From assembly GCA_964016885.1 (NCBI GenBank), contig OZ024746.1, positions 9,734,001 to 9,798,000 on the forward strand: a DNA stretch of 64,000 bases, in the 5' to 3' direction. Positions 59,877 through 64,000 of the stretch are shown piece by piece (the first letter of the stretch is position 1; every line of letters begins with the position of its first letter). This DNA is from Eledone cirrhosa (taxonomy: Eukaryota). Both the position numbers and the translations under genes were made by a program. The notes beneath the pieces were generated by a model. It had not been told where the DNA came from. It did not search any database and worked only from the letters and a program-made list of their open reading frames with translations.

Positions 59877-60606
59877 TACTGTATATACTCGTGTAAAAGC
59901 CGAATATCTTTGGATCATTTTTTAAGGTTAGATTTATGGAGTTAGTTATTACATGGATTCTACTTTTGAGCTAAAATCTAAAGTATTGTATCATTAGCAG
60001 AAGCCCAACTGATCTCTAAATGAATAAAAACAAAAACACAATGAATTACAGTAATATTGCCGATTCTATACATCCAAACACATCCTAGTAAATAACCAAA
60101 TCCATAAGCAAGCCCGTGTAACTCTTATAAATATTTACACTTGCTTTTTACTTGTATCCATCATACTTAACAGACTAGCTTAGTTCAATAAATTTATATC
60201 TCATAATTACTATATATTACCATGGGTCATATATCTACCAGTATGTCACTACCTACTGTAATATTGTGCACATGGCTGATACCTACTCGGCCTCTTTCAT
60301 ATCACAACTCTCCAATCACATTATTTTCATAATGTCTGAAATTCAAGTAAGGTAGGCACAGGTTTGGGTAAATGTTTAGTTTCAGACATGTATTTGCAAT
60401 AATATAAATTTGCCATAAATTCATGACACTTTTGTATGTTATTTCTACATACAGGATGATACCTTGACCCACCAATGTTGACCCATTATCTGTGAAATAC
60501 TAAAGTCAGCTTTTATATGAGTTCTATGGAAAATTCCAGATTTTTTTGGCCAAAAATAGGGAGTCAACTTTTACATTACATTGACTATTACTTGAGCATA
60601 TATATA
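59877..60606. mobile_element. Degenerate Tc1/mariner-superfamily non-autonomous element
   Basis: Left end TACTGTATATACTCGTGTAAAAGCCGA. Decayed inverse at ~60581-60606, with internal sub-terminal repeats. Confidence 0.45.
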
Positions 60607-61489
60607 TTGTTTATTCTTAATACATGTGTTTCACTCACAAAGTTGGCTTTAAAACCATTGATAATTACATAAATATGAAAAAGAAGGATAAAAACAAAAG
60701 TAAGTAATGAGAAGGGCAGATCTGGTTGTATGGGGAAGTAGAAGAAAGGACTATAAATGTCATAAATGAGAGCAAAAGGAGGGAAAAAGCAAGGACTCAT
60801 AAACCACAGAAGAAAGGGAGGGAGAAGGGGAGAGGGTGATGGGCTCTGGGCCTAGGGTGGGGCGGTATTTGGGTTGCACCCCGCAGACAAAACTGCAAAG
60901 GTATTTATCTTGGCTCTCTACATTCTGAGTTCAAATTCAACTGAGGTCAATTTTACCTTTCATCTTTCTGGTATGGATAAATTACAAGTCAAGTATTAAG
61001 GTTGTTTCTTCTCTCTTTTTCTGAAGAGTTGAGTGAGGGACTAGCAACCACCCACCCCCTCTCTGTCTCTGGATAAAGGGTTAAGTGAGGGACTGACACC
61101 CCCCACTCATCTTCCGCTCTCTCTCTTTCTTTGAATTACCAATATTGTATTGCAAGGAGGAGAGTAGGGGGTCATTCTCAGCATCTCTTTCTCCAGAAAT
61201 GCTGAAGGAGAATTAAGGGAGGAGCTAGCAAACTTTTCTCTTAGAAGAAAAGCTTATATTTTATTGGAACTGTTCAGAAGTGGGCCAATGTACAATACAG
61301 TACAGAAGAGAAATAAAGAAGACTCTTATACACCCCCACCCCCCTACTCCTATCTTTATCATCATCATCATCATAACCATCATCATCATCATTATCATAG
61401 AACAAGGATATAATGAAAATAATCATGCATAAAATGAGTGAGTGAATAGCATGTGTAGTTTATGGTGATGGTGATTGTGTTACTACTGC

Positions 61490-62848
61490 TGGTGGTGGTG
61501 GTGGTGTCACTGCTGGTGGTGGTGGTGGTGGTGGTGGTGGTGTCACTGGTGGTGGTGGTGGTGGTGGTGGTGGTGGTGTCACTGGTGGTGGTGGTGGTGG
61601 TGGTGTCACTGCTGGTGGTGGTGGTGGTGGTGGTGTCACTGGTGGTGGTGGTGGTGGTGGTGGTGGTGTCACTGCTGGGAGAGGTGGTGGTACTGTGGGA
61701 GGTGGTGTCACAGCTGGGAGAGGTGGTGTCACAGCTGGGAGAGATGGTGGTACTGTGGGAGGTGGTGTCACAGCTGGGAGAGGTGGTGGTACTGTGGGAG
61801 GTGGTGTCACAGCTGGGAGAGGTGGTGGTACTGTGGGAGGTGGTGTCACAGCTGGGAGAGGTGGTGGTACTGTGGGAGGTGGTGTCACAGCTGGGAGAGG
61901 TGGTGTCACAGCTGGGAGAGGTGGTGTCACACCTGGGAGAGGTAGTGGTACTGTGAGAGGTGGTGTCACAGCTGGGAGAGGTGGTGTCACACCTGGGAGA
62001 GGTAGTGGTACTGTGAGAGGTGGTGTCACAGCTGAGAGAGGTGGTGGTACTGTGGGAGGTGGTGTCACACCTGGGAGAGGTAGTGGTACTGGGAGAGGTG
62101 GTGTCACAGCTGGGAGAGGTAGTGGTACTGTGGGAGGTGGTGTCACAGCTGGGAGAGGTGGTGGTACTGTGGGAGGTCGAGTCACACCTGGGAGAGGTAG
62201 TGGTACTGGGAGAGGTGGTGTCATAGCTGGGAGAGGTAGTGGTACTGTGGGAGGTGGTGTCACAGCTGGGAGAGGTGGTGGTACTGTGGGAGGTCGAGTC
62301 ACACCTGGGAGAGGTAGTGGTACTGGGAGAGGTGGTGTCACAGCTGGGAGAGGTAGTGGTACTGTGGGAGGTGGTGTCACAGCTGGGAGAGGTGGTGGTA
62401 CTGTGGGAGGTCGAGTCACACCTGGGAGAGGTGGTGGTACTGTGGGAGGTGGTGTCACGGCTGGGAGAGGTGGTTTCACAGCTGGGAGAGGTGGTGGTAC
62501 TGTGGGAGGTGGTGTCACAGCTGGGAGAGGTGGTGGTACTGTGGGAGGTGGTGTCACAGCTGGGAGAGGTGGTTTCACAGCTGGGAGAGGTGGTGGTACT
62601 GTGGGAGGTGGTGTCACAGCTGGGAGAGGTGGTGTCACAGCTGGGAGAGGTGGTGGTACTGTGGGAGGTGGTGTCACAGCTGGGAGAGGTGGTGGTACTG
62701 TGGGAGGTGGTGTCACAGCTGGGAGAGGTGGTGGTACTTTGGGAGGTGGTGTCACAGCTGGGAGAGGTGGTGTCACAGCTGGGAGAGGTGGTGGTACTTT
62801 GGGAGGTGGTGTCACAGCTGGGAGAGGTGGTGTCACAGCTGGGAGAGG
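61490..62848. repeat. G-rich minisatellite built from GGTGGTGTCACAGCTGGGAGA (21 bp) and GGTGGTGGTACTGTGGGA (18 bp) units, grading out of a (GGT)n tract
   Basis: Directly visible. Unit lengths are multiples of 3, which explains the long ORFs in several frames. Confidence 0.95.
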
Positions 62849-63023
62849 TTGTCTTCTTCAATACTAAATGTTCAAAGAATCTTTCATCTATTTCTGCTGC
62901 AATGAATATCTGACAAATAAGAAAAATGGAAAGAAATATATAAATATATAAAAACAACTAATCCAAAAATGGTTTTATTTTTAGTATTTTGTCACTGACA
63001 CTCTTCATTAAAGATACAAAATA

Positions 63024-63167
63024 CTACTATAATTACTACTACTACTACTACTACTATTACTACTATACAACTTCTGGTGTTGCTACTACTACTACTATTA
63101 CTACTACTACAACCTCTGGTGTTGTTACTACTACTACTTCTACTACTACTACTACTACTACTACTAT

Positions 63168-63200
<33 letters not shown>

Positions 63201-63256
63201 TACTACTACTACTACTACTATTACTACTACTACTATTCAAATACTACTACTACTAC
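63024..63256. repeat. (ACT)n trinucleotide microsatellite
   Basis: Directly visible. Confidence 0.9.
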
Positions 63257-63307
63257 AGCTAATAACAATAATAAAAATGATGATTTCTTTTAAGAATGTT
63301 AATCATA

Positions 63308-63497
63308 ATAATTGTTTCTACTTTTGGCACAAGGTCAGCAATTATCCAGTGTATTACTGGTACTTTATTTTATCGACCCCGTAAGGATGAAAGGCAAAGT
63401 CAACCTCGGCGGGATTTGAACTCAGATCGTAAAGGGACGTAACTATGCTAGAAAGCATGGCGTCCGACCCTCTACCTATACTGCCAATCCACCGCCC
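63308..63497 (-). mobile_element. tRNA-derived SINE family A (~190 bp). Other copies ~2471-2650(-), 7534-7886(-, two), 13114-13270(+), 36617-36797(-), 37361-37553(-), 38270-38355(+), 58570-58650(+)
   Basis: Reverse complement starts GGGCGGTGGATTGGCAG... with A-box-like and B-box (GTTCAAATCC) motifs. Many near-identical dispersed copies ending GTAGAAACAATTAT. Confidence 0.85.
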
Positions 63498-63941
63498 TTC
63501 ATAATAATAATAATGATAACAATAATAACGATGATGATGATGATGATAAAGTAATGGCAATATCAATATTTCATACCAGGAATATGATATTTTTGTACAA
63601 AAAGTTCTTAAAAACTGTTACTGAGTACAAGATAACAAGCTACAAGATTCGTGTATAGATAGCGATATATGTATATGTATATAGAGATATGTATGTACTT
63701 ATGTGTGTATATATATATATGTGTATGTAGATACATATGTATTCATATACATATGTATTTATGGATGTATTTATATGCAAATACGTATGTATATACACAT
63801 ATGTATGTATATACACATATGTATTTATATGCAAATATGTATGTATATACACATATGTATGTATTTATGTGTGTATCTATATGTGTTTGTAGATATGTAT
63901 GTGTTCATGTGTATATATAGATACATATGCATTTATGTATA

Positions 63942-63990
<49 letters not shown>

Positions 63991-64000
63991 CACATACATA

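Noticed and set aside
61395-62957. 520-aa Thr/Ser-rich mucin-like ORF with hydrophobic N-terminus (and the overlapping Pro-rich and Gly-rich ORFs)
   Set aside because: All frames are open because the repeat units are multiples of 3. It has a non-ATG start in TA-rich sequence and no non-repetitive domain.

Overview
Eukaryotic, AT-rich, microsatellite-dense genomic DNA. The repeat landscape (tRNA-derived SINEs, RTE LINE 3' ends with (GAT)n tails, TTAA-flanked MITEs) suggests an octopus/cephalopod, but this is an inference. The only host coding sequence I can support is two + strand exons of a T-type voltage-gated calcium channel alpha1 subunit (Cav3 / CACNA1G-H-I family): domain I S3-S4 at 8457-8554 and S4-S5 linker/S5/turret start at 47102-47273. 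They are separated by a ~38.5 kb intron, so the whole window is probably intragenic. Nearly all ORFs in the track are microsatellite artefacts or transposon remnants. The most notable hidden signal is a set of short modules, most embedded in (TA)n tracts, carrying minimal type-I hammerhead ribozyme motifs (29454, 33207 with its mirror copy at 32994, 47488, 47926; degenerate at 41166 and 58157). Several sit in long fold-back palindromes, and a Penelope-like GIY-YIG remnant lies at ~20.7 kb. Other leads are a candidate 24-nt frame-preserving microexon (57340-57363), an 80-bp perfect palindrome, and inverted repeats bracketing the second exon.
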